A DNA stretch of 64,000 bases, taken from positions 64,001 through 128,000 of IMG/VR virus record IMGVR_UViG_3300031555_004294; one strand, given 5' to 3'. Positions 28,179-39,544 of this stretch are shown here, piece after piece. Position numbers and translations under genes: made by a program. Position 1 is the stretch's first letter; each line of letters opens with the position of its first letter. Below the pieces are notes generated by a model. It searched no databases and was not told where the DNA came from. It saw nothing but the letters and a program-made list of their open reading frames with translations. The stretch is from a virus. Taxonomy: Duplodnaviria; Caudoviricetes.

Positions 28179-31100
28179 TTATTTGTAAGTTATAACTATT
28201 CCAACTTGGAAGTTTTCAGAACCCTGAGTATATGCTTCCTTATATACATGGACATTAAGATATTCGGGTACATAATTAATAAGTTGTTTCTTAGACATAT
28301 CTTTAACTGAAGGAAAGTCATGATAGATAATTTGGTTTCCATTAGATTTGATTAACTGACCGTTAAGTTCTTCAAACTCAATGTAGTTTATATCCTCAAA
28401 GTTCTTTTCTAATTCACGAATTAGGTTAGAAATTGCAAACGTATTAGAAGGTTTTTCATTGACTTTTTCTACAAAATCTAGTATAAAGTTTTTGATCTTA
28501 AAGTCTAAATCTTGAGTGTAACTATCAATCAGAGTAATAGACAGTTTCATAGTAATGTTAGTGTTAATATCTGCGCCATTCTTATTATGGAAATGCTTAG
28601 AAGGTCCATAAGTATTGTAGAACTTTAGATTGATGTTTGTATTATTTTCTAACTTGTTAAAGCTATCCTTTAAGATACTGTAGTAAACGTCAAATGTATT
28701 AAAGAAGTCTTTAAACACAGTATAGTTGTATAGATAATGCTTTCCTACAACTGGTAGATCTTTGATTATAATAGCACCGCTCTCAGATGTAATATCTAAT
28801 GTAGGATTGATGATATCACTGGTTATCTTGAAGAAGTTAAATGGAGCATTAGATTCCATTTTAACAGCACAAGAATATTCTATTTCATTTCCATCTGAGT
28901 CTCTATCAATTATAAGATTTAGAGGTTCAGACATAGCTAACGAATTGGAATAATATAGGTTTCCATCTGGATCTCTAAGAGTCTTTACTAAGAAACAGAG
29001 TTCAATGATAACATCTTCAGGTATATACAAGCTTTCTAATACATCACCAATATCTCCATGGTCAGGATCAATATTCTTTACACAATTAACTAGGTTCAGT
29101 CTATTGTCATGTAGTTTGTTATCTGTAGTGAGTGTATATTTGAATTCCAAATTTGAAAAATTATCATTCTCAAAATCAAAGTAACCAAGATATCTTCCAG
29201 TTGTTGTTTTTAACAAACATCTAGCTACTAATATCTTTTCATCCTTACAGTATTTGTAATACTCATTATCATCATCAAAATGATAAACTCTAACTTTTTC
29301 TTCTTTAGCTTTAATGTCCTCTATCGTTGAACGAATATTTGCAAACAACGTAGTATTTAGGTTAAAGCTTAGGAAATATTTATTGATGTCATTTACAACT
29401 TTGTAAGAATACTTAGGAATAGCTTCAATTGCATTTCCATTTTCATCTTTTACCACATACTCGTCTAGTAATTCTTCTGTAGTAGTATCGTACTCCATCA
29501 ATACACTAGTTTCGATGAATCCATTAGTCATAACAGTATTACGTTTAGTTATATTATTTTCATCATCAACATCTAACTCATCTGAAAGTAATCTATCATA
29601 AGTGATAGAACTACGTTTAACATTGACGTTGTTTAATACAAATTCAGATGAAATATTACCATTTATCTCACTGTAATTGAAATAGATATTTTTGTCCAAT
29701 GTATTCGTTACAGTTAGTATATTGGGAAATACATTTCCATCACGTTCTACCAAAGTATAATGAATTGCAAAAGGAATACGATAGACTATATCATTTTCAT
29801 TTACAGATTCATCTTTTAATTTGTAGTCAGATATTAGTAAGTATCCATCACCATTATAAAATCTGAAACCTTCATCAGAAAGTTCATCTTTATACTTACT
29901 GTAGTAGTGCTGGTAATCTTCCTTGTAAGGAATATATATTTTACCATCACTTAAAGTGTATATGTCAGTCTTCTCATCATATTTGATTTCACCTGCAAGT
30001 TTTAAATGTTCAACATCAGACGTAAGTTCAATGTATCTAGGGAACTCATTTGGAATGAAATTAGTAAGCTTTGATTCATCATCACCAACTACTACTCTCA
30101 TTCTACTATCATTTTCATTGTAGACTGTATATTCTTCACCATTATAAGTATAGAAGACATACTCGTCTTCTTCATATGTGTAATTTAACAAGTCCTTCTT
30201 AATGAAAGTTAGATTTTTCATAGAAATGCAATTAGTAGTCTTATCTGTAAAGAGTACATCAGGTCTGTCTCTAAAATCGATTAGCTTATCGTTTGGTAGA
30301 TACTGAATGATCTTCAAAACTTTCATGTCATTTTCATTGATACTATTCCAAGTATCAAAGTCTAAATTATTGTAACCACAAAGTTCATCCAAACCAAACT
30401 TATCAGACAGAGTATATAATGTATCATCTTGTTTGGTGATATAGTAGAATTCTCTATTGTCTTTTGCAAACAATACAGTTTTGTATTCTACAGGAATTAC
30501 ACATTCATTGTCATTATTCCAACACCAAAGGTCTTCAACAGTATCACTTACATTGTTAATGCAAGTCTTGATGAGTGTACTTACTGTTTGTAGCGAATAA
30601 TCCTCTACATCTTCACTAGAATAAACGTGATCAAAATTGTTAATGAGAAGAATGTCTAAAACTGTAGTATTATGGCTTTCTGCAATTGTTTTTAAGGTAT
30701 CATTTAATTGTACCTCATACTCATCATACTGTGTTTTAGAAATTTCTTTTTCAATTTTTGCAATCTTTACAATCTCATCAAATATAAAGTCTTTGTTGTC
30801 ATCATAATCGTTAATCCGTCTTATTTCATCGACAGTCATATTGAACGCAGACGCAACAAACTCTATTTCAACAGTACCTTCAATCTCACAGTAGTTGTAT
30901 CTAGTAACGGTTTCTACTGTTTTTTCTTTATTATTAGGAACTTTTATCGTATAGCTATTTGGAATCACAGTTTCTGTCGTATAGTCAAGAATAATTTCAA
31001 GACCTACTTCTAAGACTTGATCTATTGGAACTGTTTTAAGTGACTCATTATAGTTATAGATTTTCTCTGCTCTTTCAACAACATTTTCAGAAATAGAACC

Positions 31101-34100
31101 AATTGTATCATTTTCCTTAGTTGTATAAGTAACAGGAATTGTGTTTACAATTTCTTTTAGAAGTGGTTCATTTTCTACAGCATTTATATGACCAATTACA
31201 GATTCAATGTAAGCATTGTACTTTTCCTCAACATTTTCATTTCTTTCTGCTAAAGTATTGTAAACGTTTTTAAATTTAGACTGTTCTTCGCCACCAACAG
31301 TTAGAGTTTTACCTAACTTATAAAGATCTTCGAAAGTTAAATTATAGAAGTCTAAAATATCTTGAACAGAAGTAGTTTTAGGATCAAAGATGTCAGAAAT
31401 TACAGCATTTCCATTAAAGCTAGTTGGATCCTTTACAATTAAAACCTTGTCAGTATCAAAGGAATGGTCGCTTATGTTATTTGTAGAAGTTAGATTTTCA
31501 AATGTTATGTTATACTGGTTGCAAATACTTGTAATAGTATCGGTTTCAGTAGTTAAATGATGCTGAATATTTTCAATAGTAGTACTACCAGTAGGTACAT
31601 AATTCTCGTCATATTCTTCTCTATATCTTACAAAAATTCTAGGCGGTTCATAGTCATAGGAAATATAAAGTTCTTCTAAATCAGATTCACCAACTTTATA
31701 GCCTCCGATGCTATTAATCATATCCTTAAACTCAGAATCCTTCAACCAAATATAGAGTTTCTTATACATGTAAATTGCATCCAACTCTTGTTCGTACTCA
31801 CTATAATATTTACCATGTACGGGAGATTCAGAAATGATGTAATTTCTAAGTTTTCCAGTAACGATATTCTTATTCGAGTCAAAGTTGTAAATTGGAATTT
31901 TCTCAAATGCATACGCATTTAAAAATGCTCTTAAACTGTCATTGTACTCCAATAAAAGATCTTCTGTTTCATAGTAATAGAAATTTAAGGATTTTTCATT
32001 TGAAATAAATCTGTCATCCTCAATGAAAGGAATATAAAAATGTCCATCATCCATCTTTATTGGATGAACAACATTTTCATCATGAATTCCTAAGAAAGCT
32101 CTCAAATCATCATCGTCGATATTAATGAAGGGGATTTCATTATATGCACCAGTTTCTGAATTTATATCTGGAGAATACTTTATAACTCTTTCAATTGAAT
32201 CTTTAAACTCAAAACCATCAAATCCATATTTCTTAGCAACATCTTCTCGTATATATTTTTTATAGCCTTCATTGTATACTGGAGACATAAGTTTGCTGTT
32301 ATTTTGGAAAGTATAGACTACAAATAGATGCTCAGCTAATTGTTGATCTTTAATAGAAACTTCCAATTTTTCAGCAATATCATTAGTTAGTCTAATATAC
32401 TTAGCTACATCAAGTCCATTCGATTTTTTAACAAAGTCAAATGAAGTAATACTACTTTCAACATTGTCGGAAGGTCCAACATGTACACTACTATTATCAT
32501 ATGTGTTATTAGCATTTTTTACGTATCTTAAGTAGTGATTCCTAAATCTAATATGACTAGGTATTTTAGTTTCTAAGTCTTTGTAAAGGATAAATTTCTT
32601 CTTACCATCTTCAAATAACATATTTTCAAGATGGTTAGCTACATTACCTTGAACTTCCATAAAGACAAAACTGTCATTTCTAAAATACGTAGGAACACCT
32701 TCGTAATACTTAAAGTTTCCATCATTTAGTGAAATTTCATCGTCAACTAATTGATACTTTCCATTTTTATAGACAACTAGACTACCACTAGGAATATAAA
32801 ATTCCTCGTTGATATTAAAGTTGTCGCATTGTAAGTTAATTGTATTGGAAGGAATAACCAAACCAGTTTGATCTCGTAATAGAGCATAACCAACATAAGT
32901 ACGCTTTAAGATATCATCTCTTTTTTTAATGAAAAGCATTTTACTTGCATTGATAATTTCATCGTTGACGATGTTATTAAAATAAGTGTTTAGGTCAAAC
33001 TCAGTAATAAGGTTTTCTCTATTTAAAAACTCATAAATCAAAGCTTGCTTTACTTCACTTCTAGTTGGCATATCAGTACCACCAGATGGATCATTAAGCT
33101 TGACAATAGTTTTATCTGTTACAAAACGATTTAGAGTTTCATTACTGAATGAATGCTGTAACTCATTGTTGTTATACTTAAAGTTACCAGCTGAACCTAG
33201 AGTAGTATAAATATTCAGATACAGTTTAGAATTGATAACAGGTTTAAAGTTACCAGCTAATCCAGAGAAAAAGATAGTTAAATCAGTATTAGAGAAATTG
33301 TAGAAGCAATAATAAGATTCATCTGGAGTAAAGGTATCATTAAAGTACGGTTTTAGATATTCGTCTACTGTCTGAGTTTTATATCTTACAGTAAAATTCG
33401 CTAAATTATTAGCAAATTCTTGTTCAAAATATAAATTGTCTGATAAGTCACTTGAAAAATTTTCAAATATTTTTTCAGTTTTAGTTACCTGATAAATAGT
33501 ATACTGGATTGTAATAACATCAGTATCGATTGTCGTTGTAGCTCTATTAACCCAAACTGGAATATATGGATTTGTAGAATTACTAAACATACCTTTATTG
33601 TCTTTAGTATTACTTCTGTCATACTGTGCTGTATAAGAATATGATCCATCTATCATTCTAGAAGCTTTTATAACGATATCGTTTTCAGCCATAAATGGAA
33701 TTGTACCACAGTAATATTTATCATTTGTGCTTAATGTAAATGAATATGCATAACTATTTCCATCTGGGATTTTTTTACCATACGTCATGATATCTTTTTG
33801 TGTAATTGTAAAAGTAATATCCATAGACGCTGGTTTTGCCATAGGAATTTCATAGTTATATGATTTTGCTTTGTTATAGATACTCTTAGTTAAAGAAGCA
33901 GTATTTAAGAAACTTTCATCATATAAGAAGTTACGGTGAGCTGTTGCATTACGTAAAGACGTAGCCATAACTTCATTGATGTAACCATATAAACCTATCT
34001 TAAGATGATTTAGATTGTTTACATCTAGGTATTTTGGAGCAATTCTTTCCAACCAATTCTTTTCAAGATCATATTTATCTATAGCAATTTCAGTTAAATT

Positions 34101-34124
34101 TTTATCAGCCAAAATTACTCTCAC
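28179..34124 (-). CDS. baseplate wedge protein (gp6/baseplate J-like) with internal LysM repeats
   Basis: Wedge-like N-terminus (ESFLNTA...SIYNKAK.YNY; TTLGSAGN; SGGTD; NLITEFD) and several LysM-like units. Confidence 0.7.
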   Translation of the reverse strand: MRVILADKNLTEIAIDKYDLEKNWLERIAPKYLDVNNLNHLKIGLYGYINEVMATSLRNATAHRNFLYDESFLNTASLTKSIYNKAKSYNYEIPMAKPASMDITFTITQKDIMTYGKKIPDGNSYAYSFTLSTNDKYYCGTIPFMAENDIVIKASRMIDGSYSYTAQYDRSNTKDNKGMFSNSTNPYIPVWVNRATTTIDTDVITIQYTIYQVTKTEKIFENFSSDLSDNLYFEQEFANNLANFTVRYKTQTVDEYLKPYFNDTFTPDESYYCFYNFSNTDLTIFFSGLAGNFKPVINSKLYLNIYTTLGSAGNFKYNNNELQHSFSNETLNRFVTDKTIVKLNDPSGGTDMPTRSEVKQALIYEFLNRENLITEFDLNTYFNNIVNDEIINASKMLFIKKRDDILKRTYVGYALLRDQTGLVIPSNTINLQCDNFNINEEFYIPSGSLVVYKNGKYQLVDDEISLNDGNFKYYEGVPTYFRNDSFVFMEVQGNVANHLENMLFEDGKKKFILYKDLETKIPSHIRFRNHYLRYVKNANNTYDNSSVHVGPSDNVESSITSFDFVKKSNGLDVAKYIRLTNDIAEKLEVSIKDQQLAEHLFVVYTFQNNSKLMSPVYNEGYKKYIREDVAKKYGFDGFEFKDSIERVIKYSPDINSETGAYNEIPFINIDDDDLRAFLGIHDENVVHPIKMDDGHFYIPFIEDDRFISNEKSLNFYYYETEDLLLEYNDSLRAFLNAYAFEKIPIYNFDSNKNIVTGKLRNYIISESPVHGKYYSEYEQELDAIYMYKKLYIWLKDSEFKDMINSIGGYKVGESDLEELYISYDYEPPRIFVRYREEYDENYVPTGSTTIENIQHHLTTETDTITSICNQYNITFENLTSTNNISDHSFDTDKVLIVKDPTSFNGNAVISDIFDPKTTSVQDILDFYNLTFEDLYKLGKTLTVGGEEQSKFKNVYNTLAERNENVEEKYNAYIESVIGHINAVENEPLLKEIVNTIPVTYTTKENDTIGSISENVVERAEKIYNYNESLKTVPIDQVLEVGLEIILDYTTETVIPNSYTIKVPNNKEKTVETVTRYNYCEIEGTVEIEFVASAFNMTVDEIRRINDYDDNKDFIFDEIVKIAKIEKEISKTQYDEYEVQLNDTLKTIAESHNTTVLDILLINNFDHVYSSEDVEDYSLQTVSTLIKTCINNVSDTVEDLWCWNNDNECVIPVEYKTVLFAKDNREFYYITKQDDTLYTLSDKFGLDELCGYNNLDFDTWNSINENDMKVLKIIQYLPNDKLIDFRDRPDVLFTDKTTNCISMKNLTFIKKDLLNYTYEEDEYVFYTYNGEEYTVYNENDSRMRVVVGDDESKLTNFIPNEFPRYIELTSDVEHLKLAGEIKYDEKTDIYTLSDGKIYIPYKEDYQHYYSKYKDELSDEGFRFYNGDGYLLISDYKLKDESVNENDIVYRIPFAIHYTLVERDGNVFPNILTVTNTLDKNIYFNYSEINGNISSEFVLNNVNVKRSSITYDRLLSDELDVDDENNITKRNTVMTNGFIETSVLMEYDTTTEELLDEYVVKDENGNAIEAIPKYSYKVVNDINKYFLSFNLNTTLFANIRSTIEDIKAKEEKVRVYHFDDDNEYYKYCKDEKILVARCLLKTTTGRYLGYFDFENDNFSNLEFKYTLTTDNKLHDNRLNLVNCVKNIDPDHGDIGDVLESLYIPEDVIIELCFLVKTLRDPDGNLYYSNSLAMSEPLNLIIDRDSDGNEIEYSCAVKMESNAPFNFFKITSDIINPTLDITSESGAIIIKDLPVVGKHYLYNYTVFKDFFNTFDVYYSILKDSFNKLENNTNINLKFYNTYGPSKHFHNKNGADINTNITMKLSITLIDSYTQDLDFKIKNFILDFVEKVNEKPSNTFAISNLIRELEKNFEDINYIEFEELNGQLIKSNGNQIIYHDFPSVKDMSKKQLINYVPEYLNVHVYKEAYTQGSENFQVGIVITYK

Positions 34125-34129
34125 CTCAC

Positions 34130-35965
34130 TTAATTATAAAATAGTAGCTTGTATTTTTCATCTTTTTTAAAGACACCCACATTTTTAAATGAACGTTTTT
34201 CAAGGTTACTGCCAGATTTCTGATAAATGTATGAACTTCTTGTATCGGACATTGTTCGTAATCCTATACTATGTTTAGAACCTGGGTCATAACTTGCACC
34301 ATTAGTCATATTGATAAGTTTACTTTGGAATTCATCCATATCATCTACAGATAAAATATCTCCCTTGTAATGTGCTTGAGCTGTCATAATATCAGAAGAG
34401 TTCATAAATGTATCATTAAAATCAATTAGTATAGCTGGATCTAAAAATTCCTTAAAATTGTACACATAAGAAACTTGCAATTGTATTAAGTTTCTGCTAG
34501 TTATATCACCAGAACTAAATGACGAATAAGGAACATTCTGAGGGAATATACCAGTGTATTTTGCCCAGAAATCAATAGTTTCTCCATCTGGTGCCATCAA
34601 GAAATAATACAGAGAACTAGTATAGTCGAGTTCTCTACGATTTATTGTATCCATAGAAGGAGTCATAGTATTAAACTTTACACCTTCCATGTATTCGAAC
34701 CATACTTTGTGCAGAAAAGTAACCAATGCAGGTCTAATCTCATCATATGTGATTGATAAACTTCCACCACTAAAAGATGCAGCAGCAGTAGTAGGTAATT
34801 TTTGATTGTATCCTCTAAATGTTTCACTATATGTTCCTTCAGCAAGGCTATGATCTTCTAATGTCATTCCTCTAAAGTAGTTAAACAGTAAAGGGATAAA
34901 ACTTTGCTTGTTTGAATCATTACAAGTAAGGCTATCAATAATGTCTGGATAATTTCTTGCTACATATTCGATAAACCCATTTTGTAAAGTATTGTATAAA
35001 GCAGAATTCCCATCTGAAGATATTTTAGAATTTCTTTCTGCAACTGTGTAATTTTCAGCTTTTAAGTTTTTAGTAAGGTTTAGATCAGGCTTTGTTATAA
35101 ACGCATAACAGATGCCAGTTTCTGCATAATCAACGCCTGTTTCCACCCCTGTTCTAGTTTTTTGGAAGGTAGATAATAGATCAATTCCACCAGCTTCTTC
35201 TTCATTTCCATAACCTTTACTAGCATAAGTCATGAAAGTTTTATTATCAACTGACTTTCTAATATGAGGCAGATTGTCAAATACCTCATCATTTAATCCT
35301 TCAATTTTAGGTTTTGTATTTGGTAGGTTATTTGTTTTATTTTCAACTCTCTTTTGTTCTAAAAGTTTATCACCTATATTTACTGAACCCTTAGTTAGAC
35401 TATTATTACCACCATTTATATTTTTAAGAATACCATTTCCAATTTCTGCAATAACATCAATTGCTCCATTAACAATTGTCTTACCAAGACTAAAAACAGC
35501 CTTTGCACCATTTGCTATTTTATTTAAAGCTTCTCTTGGTTTTTCTGTAACTTTATTAAATGCGTCAACTGCATAATTTTGTAAATCTTCTGCCTTTTTA
35601 GCAATGTTATTTGCAACATTTTGTACTTTCTTTACGTCATCTTCTATGGCATTACAAGTTCTTTCAATTGCATTTCTCGCTACATCAGAGATTTTTTCAT
35701 CTATAGAATCGGTAAAATTTTTAACATTTGAAATTGCCGAATTTATATTTTTAACTGTATTTTCAGCTTTTCCAATATCTGATAGAATATCATTTGCTTT
35801 ATTCTTAACTCCATCACTAATAAAACTAGGCAGATTAGGATCATCCGCCGCAGTTAAAACATCTTCAGTAACTTTTTTAGCAGTTTCTAGCACATTAGAA
35901 ACATTATTGTTTACAGTTTCAGAAATTTTATTAAGTTTATCTTTTAGCTTCTTACCTAGTGACAT
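34130..35965 (-). CDS. tail tube-like/baseplate protein with helical N-terminal extension
   Basis: C-terminal TKPDLNL and WAKYTGIFPQNVPYS motifs resemble tube-fold proteins; lies next to the wedge gene. Confidence 0.55.
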   Translation of the reverse strand: MSLGKKLKDKLNKISETVNNNVSNVLETAKKVTEDVLTAADDPNLPSFISDGVKNKANDILSDIGKAENTVKNINSAISNVKNFTDSIDEKISDVARNAIERTCNAIEDDVKKVQNVANNIAKKAEDLQNYAVDAFNKVTEKPREALNKIANGAKAVFSLGKTIVNGAIDVIAEIGNGILKNINGGNNSLTKGSVNIGDKLLEQKRVENKTNNLPNTKPKIEGLNDEVFDNLPHIRKSVDNKTFMTYASKGYGNEEEAGGIDLLSTFQKTRTGVETGVDYAETGICYAFITKPDLNLTKNLKAENYTVAERNSKISSDGNSALYNTLQNGFIEYVARNYPDIIDSLTCNDSNKQSFIPLLFNYFRGMTLEDHSLAEGTYSETFRGYNQKLPTTAAASFSGGSLSITYDEIRPALVTFLHKVWFEYMEGVKFNTMTPSMDTINRRELDYTSSLYYFLMAPDGETIDFWAKYTGIFPQNVPYSSFSSGDITSRNLIQLQVSYVYNFKEFLDPAILIDFNDTFMNSSDIMTAQAHYKGDILSVDDMDEFQSKLINMTNGASYDPGSKHSIGLRTMSDTRSSYIYQKSGSNLEKRSFKNVGVFKKDEKYKLLFYN

Positions 35966-36006
35966 AACTCTCGTATCTCCTTTCTGTAAGTTCTGTATTT
36001 TATTCT

Positions 36007-36057
36007 TATAAACTTGTTTTCAAACAATTTTTTAATGAAATTATAAACATATATTCT
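36007..36057. promoter_or_regulatory. divergent late (minus, 36007-36018) and early (plus, 36046-36057) promoter motifs
   Basis: AACA-AGTTTA-TA on minus; AACATATATTCT on plus. Confidence 0.55.
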
Positions 36058-36192
36058 AAGAGTGATGGATAGTCATATATTCATTATGTGGTTTCCTTCT
36101 AAGTATAAACAGTTTAGTCCTCTGTGACCAAGCACATGCTAAACGAATGAATATATCAAATCCTCACTTCTTTATAAGATGGGAGGTTTGGT

Positions 36193-36543
36193 ATGGAAAA
36201 ACATGTTACAAAACAAAGTTTATCTAAAGATAAAAATCATTCAGAAAAATTAAATTCTGAGTGTAAAAAAGAAAAAGATAAAGAAGAAACAAATGACAAA
36301 ATTTACTGGGAGTACATTCAAGGATACCCCAATCCTTACGGTAAAGAATTTTATGATTATGTGAAACAACATAAAAACATAAAATTCAGCAAAAATCCTA
36401 AAACTGCACGTATTGAAATGAGGGAATTAGCTTATAAGATTCATGCATGTCCTACAGAAAAGGATTTACCTACAACCCTTTGCGAGAAATCTTTAGGACG
36501 ATTGCTTATTGAATTTTTACTTGATCTTCCAGATATACTTTAA
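36193..36543 (+). CDS. hypothetical protein
   Basis: GGAGG RBS, 116 aa. Confidence 0.65.
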   Translation: MEKHVTKQSLSKDKNHSEKLNSECKKEKDKEETNDKIYWEYIQGYPNPYGKEFYDYVKQHKNIKFSKNPKTARIEMRELAYKIHACPTEKDLPTTLCEKSLGRLLIEFLLDLPDIL

Positions 36544-36682
36544 AACTTAGAGGAAAACTACAAGGGCAAGGACAGAAAAATCTTCCTTGCCCTCTTGGTT
36601 CTTTTTTTGGCTATAGAGTAACAAATTATTATAAGTCTCAGGAAAATTTAATATCCTAGTGAAAGGAGTGCAAAAAATAAAA

Positions 36683-38368
36683 ATGTCAAATAAACTCACT
36701 GTATTTGATTCGATTATAGCTTTTGTAAAGTATTTAGGAGCTGAAAAATCATCTGCTTCTGCTGTTAAAAATATGGTCAAAGCATCTGCAATTTCTAATG
36801 CTTCATTAGCATCTAGAGCTAGATTGAATGTTTGTCAATTTCCTTTATTAACTTCTTCTACAGTTTCTGTAAGTACCTATCAAAAAACTGCAGAAATTTT
36901 AGAGCAACTTTACGCTCAGTATTTAAAGTTGGTAATTGTCAACCAATTAGAAGTTATTAACTTAGAAAAAGACAATAAGTTGTCTATAGTTGCTAAAGTA
37001 CATCAAAATGATAATGCAATGGCATCTAATACTGATATTGCTAGAGATAATGCATTAAGAGCAGACGTTGCAGGACGTTTTTCAGAAGATATGGAATTTC
37101 TAAATGAACTTAGAGAAGCTTTATCATTTTTAGAAGTAACCGATTTTCCAGAACATGCCCTTAAAGAAGCAAATAAGCAACTGTTAAAGGAATACTCTGA
37201 AAACTTCAATTATACAAATCTCAATACTTGTCAATTATCCGAGTCTACTAAAACTGTAGATGAAGAAATAAATTCCAAGTACAACCATCTAAAGAATTTA
37301 GAAGCGGAAGAAAGAAGTATACGTAGTCATATTAGATATTGGCAGAATAAGCTAGATGCTTCGTCTAGTGATAATGAAAAAGAACGTGCAAAGTTTGCTA
37401 TAAAAAATCTTGAAACTCGACTTGAAAGAGTAAAAGATGAAATGGCTTCTATTATGAGAATCATCAAGACCCTTTCTGATAAGAAAACTTTAGATGATAG
37501 AGAACGTGCATATGCTAAAGAAAAAGAAAAAGAGCATGAAGCACATGAAAGAGAGTTAGCTAAAGAAGAAAGAGAAAAGAGAAGATTTGAATTTGAAATG
37601 GAGAAAGCTCAAAATAAAGAAGCTAGAGACCAAGAAAAATTTGAACTTGAGAAACGTGAAAAAGAAAGAGAACAAAGAGAGAAAGAAGAAAAAGCAAAAT
37701 TTAGAAAAGCTTTTGGTTCTGTTACCGACTTTGACAATGCTCTTATTCGTAAAAATAATCAATTAGAGCCTAGTATTTTATCTTTCACTATGAAGTATCA
37801 TACTAAGAGTGGCAGCTTTGAAGATACTAAGGTTGCTTTAGCTGTTAAAACAATCACTCACTTAATACAGTCTGATGAACTAGCTTATTATATCAATGAA
37901 ACTTTAACAAAAGATAGAAAAGTATTCAGAGCAATTCAGCTATTAACTGGTGAAAGAGATTTCTCTTGGCGTTTCTTATTCCACTTAGATAAAGCTAAGA
38001 GAGATGCTAGAGCTGATAATTCTGCCGTTAAATGGTGGAGACATCTTAAAGACAGAAGAGCTGCTAGCTGGTTAAATGCCGCTAGAGGTAATGATCCTTT
38101 TGTTCCCAATGCAACAATTGTTATGTCTTACGAGGATTATGAATGTCTTAAGCTAATGTACAAGAAAGATATCGTTAAAGATACTAAGCTAGCTTGGAAA
38201 TTAACTGACCATCTTTTTTTAATGCATCTTGTTATCGTTAATGATGTTAACAATGAGCTTATGATTTTCAATAAGGACGATCGTAACTGGGAAACTTATA
38301 CTCTTGATAAGCTACAAACTGAGATCAATACTATAAACAAAATGTCCAATCAAAAGACATTAAGATAA
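36683..38368 (+). CDS. putative virion structural protein with coiled coil
   Basis: AAGGAG RBS; AACA-N6-TA at 36620-36631; E/K/R-rich centre. Confidence 0.6.
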   Translation: MSNKLTVFDSIIAFVKYLGAEKSSASAVKNMVKASAISNASLASRARLNVCQFPLLTSSTVSVSTYQKTAEILEQLYAQYLKLVIVNQLEVINLEKDNKLSIVAKVHQNDNAMASNTDIARDNALRADVAGRFSEDMEFLNELREALSFLEVTDFPEHALKEANKQLLKEYSENFNYTNLNTCQLSESTKTVDEEINSKYNHLKNLEAEERSIRSHIRYWQNKLDASSSDNEKERAKFAIKNLETRLERVKDEMASIMRIIKTLSDKKTLDDRERAYAKEKEKEHEAHERELAKEEREKRRFEFEMEKAQNKEARDQEKFELEKREKEREQREKEEKAKFRKAFGSVTDFDNALIRKNNQLEPSILSFTMKYHTKSGSFEDTKVALAVKTITHLIQSDELAYYINETLTKDRKVFRAIQLLTGERDFSWRFLFHLDKAKRDARADNSAVKWWRHLKDRRAASWLNAARGNDPFVPNATIVMSYEDYECLKLMYKKDIVKDTKLAWKLTDHLFLMHLVIVNDVNNELMIFNKDDRNWETYTLDKLQTEINTINKMSNQKTLR

Positions 38369-38389
38369 TGGAAAGGAGATAAGAATAAA

Positions 38390-39463
38390 ATGGCAAATGT
38401 TGAAACTTTACTGGAGTCTTATCTATTTCCAGACGGTAAGGCTTATCTCAATTATAAATCTTTAACTGAAGCTGAAAAAGTTTCCTTTACTAAGAACATG
38501 GTAACTAAACTTTTCAGTACTGTTAAAAATAAATCTCTAAAAGTCAATTACGCAGGTTTAGAAAAAACTAGAGGAGACATTACCAAGTATCCTAAGTATG
38601 ACGACATTGAAAATTCTATCAAGATCTTAGAAAACATGTATAAGTCTAATCCTGATGACGCTCCTATTGAAATTCTTAGTTGTGTCAGAGTTTTAGAAAT
38701 TCTAAAGAAAAATAAAGCTGGTTTTGTTAATGCCTACAATAAAGAAAATGATGCAGTTGAGTTACTTTATGTCAATACTGCTGCAGCTCTTGTTGTTGGT
38801 ACTAGTAAACTAATTGCAGTTACAATTGAATACATTAAGCAACCTACTGGTGGGTTTAAGGCAGTTTTCAAAGAAAATAGTAAAACTTTGATGAAGGATG
38901 ATACTTATTTTCTTAGTTTAAGCCGTTTCATTACTATGGATAAAAATGGACAATTAAAGCAGTTATTAGATATGCCTAGTAAGCTTAATGAAGAATATGA
39001 CTTTGTGATGAATGAAGGTTTTATAGAAGATTTAGCTAATCTTTATGATAAAGGTAAAGAAGTTGGAAAGAATCCTCTTGTCTTAGTTAAAGATATGTGG
39101 AATAAACCTATGGGTAAAGTTGCTATAATTGTAGGTGCTGTTGCTTTAGTTATTTGGGCTGTTTCTTTTTTACCTTATCAATTCTATCGTCTAAGAAAAT
39201 CTATCTCTGATCATTTACTTAATCTTTCTTATTTCTTAGAGGAACATGCTTATGAGCTTGATACTACTAAAGGTAATGGACAAAAAGTTCAAGATAGACA
39301 ATTACGTGTAGTTGAAAAATTAAAGGCACTTGGTAATATGCTTTCTTTGGATGATAAGCAAGCTAAGAAAACTGCTGAAAAAGATAAGAAAGAAGATGAA
39401 GAAGAATCTAGAAAAGAGAATAATCCTTCTAATCATTCTTCTGATGATGATATTTTACTATAA
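38390..39463 (+). CDS. putative virion protein with one TM segment
   Basis: Hydrophobic VAIIVGAVALVIWAVSFL; in a late operon. Confidence 0.6.
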   Translation: MANVETLLESYLFPDGKAYLNYKSLTEAEKVSFTKNMVTKLFSTVKNKSLKVNYAGLEKTRGDITKYPKYDDIENSIKILENMYKSNPDDAPIEILSCVRVLEILKKNKAGFVNAYNKENDAVELLYVNTAAALVVGTSKLIAVTIEYIKQPTGGFKAVFKENSKTLMKDDTYFLSLSRFITMDKNGQLKQLLDMPSKLNEEYDFVMNEGFIEDLANLYDKGKEVGKNPLVLVKDMWNKPMGKVAIIVGAVALVIWAVSFLPYQFYRLRKSISDHLLNLSYFLEEHAYELDTTKGNGQKVQDRQLRVVEKLKALGNMLSLDDKQAKKTAEKDKKEDEEESRKENNPSNHSSDDDILL

Positions 39464-39544
39464 AAGTAAAACAACAATTATATAAAAGAGACTTGTTATC
39501 TTTAAAAATAAAAAATGTAACTTTTGAAAGGAGTTAAGTGTAAT

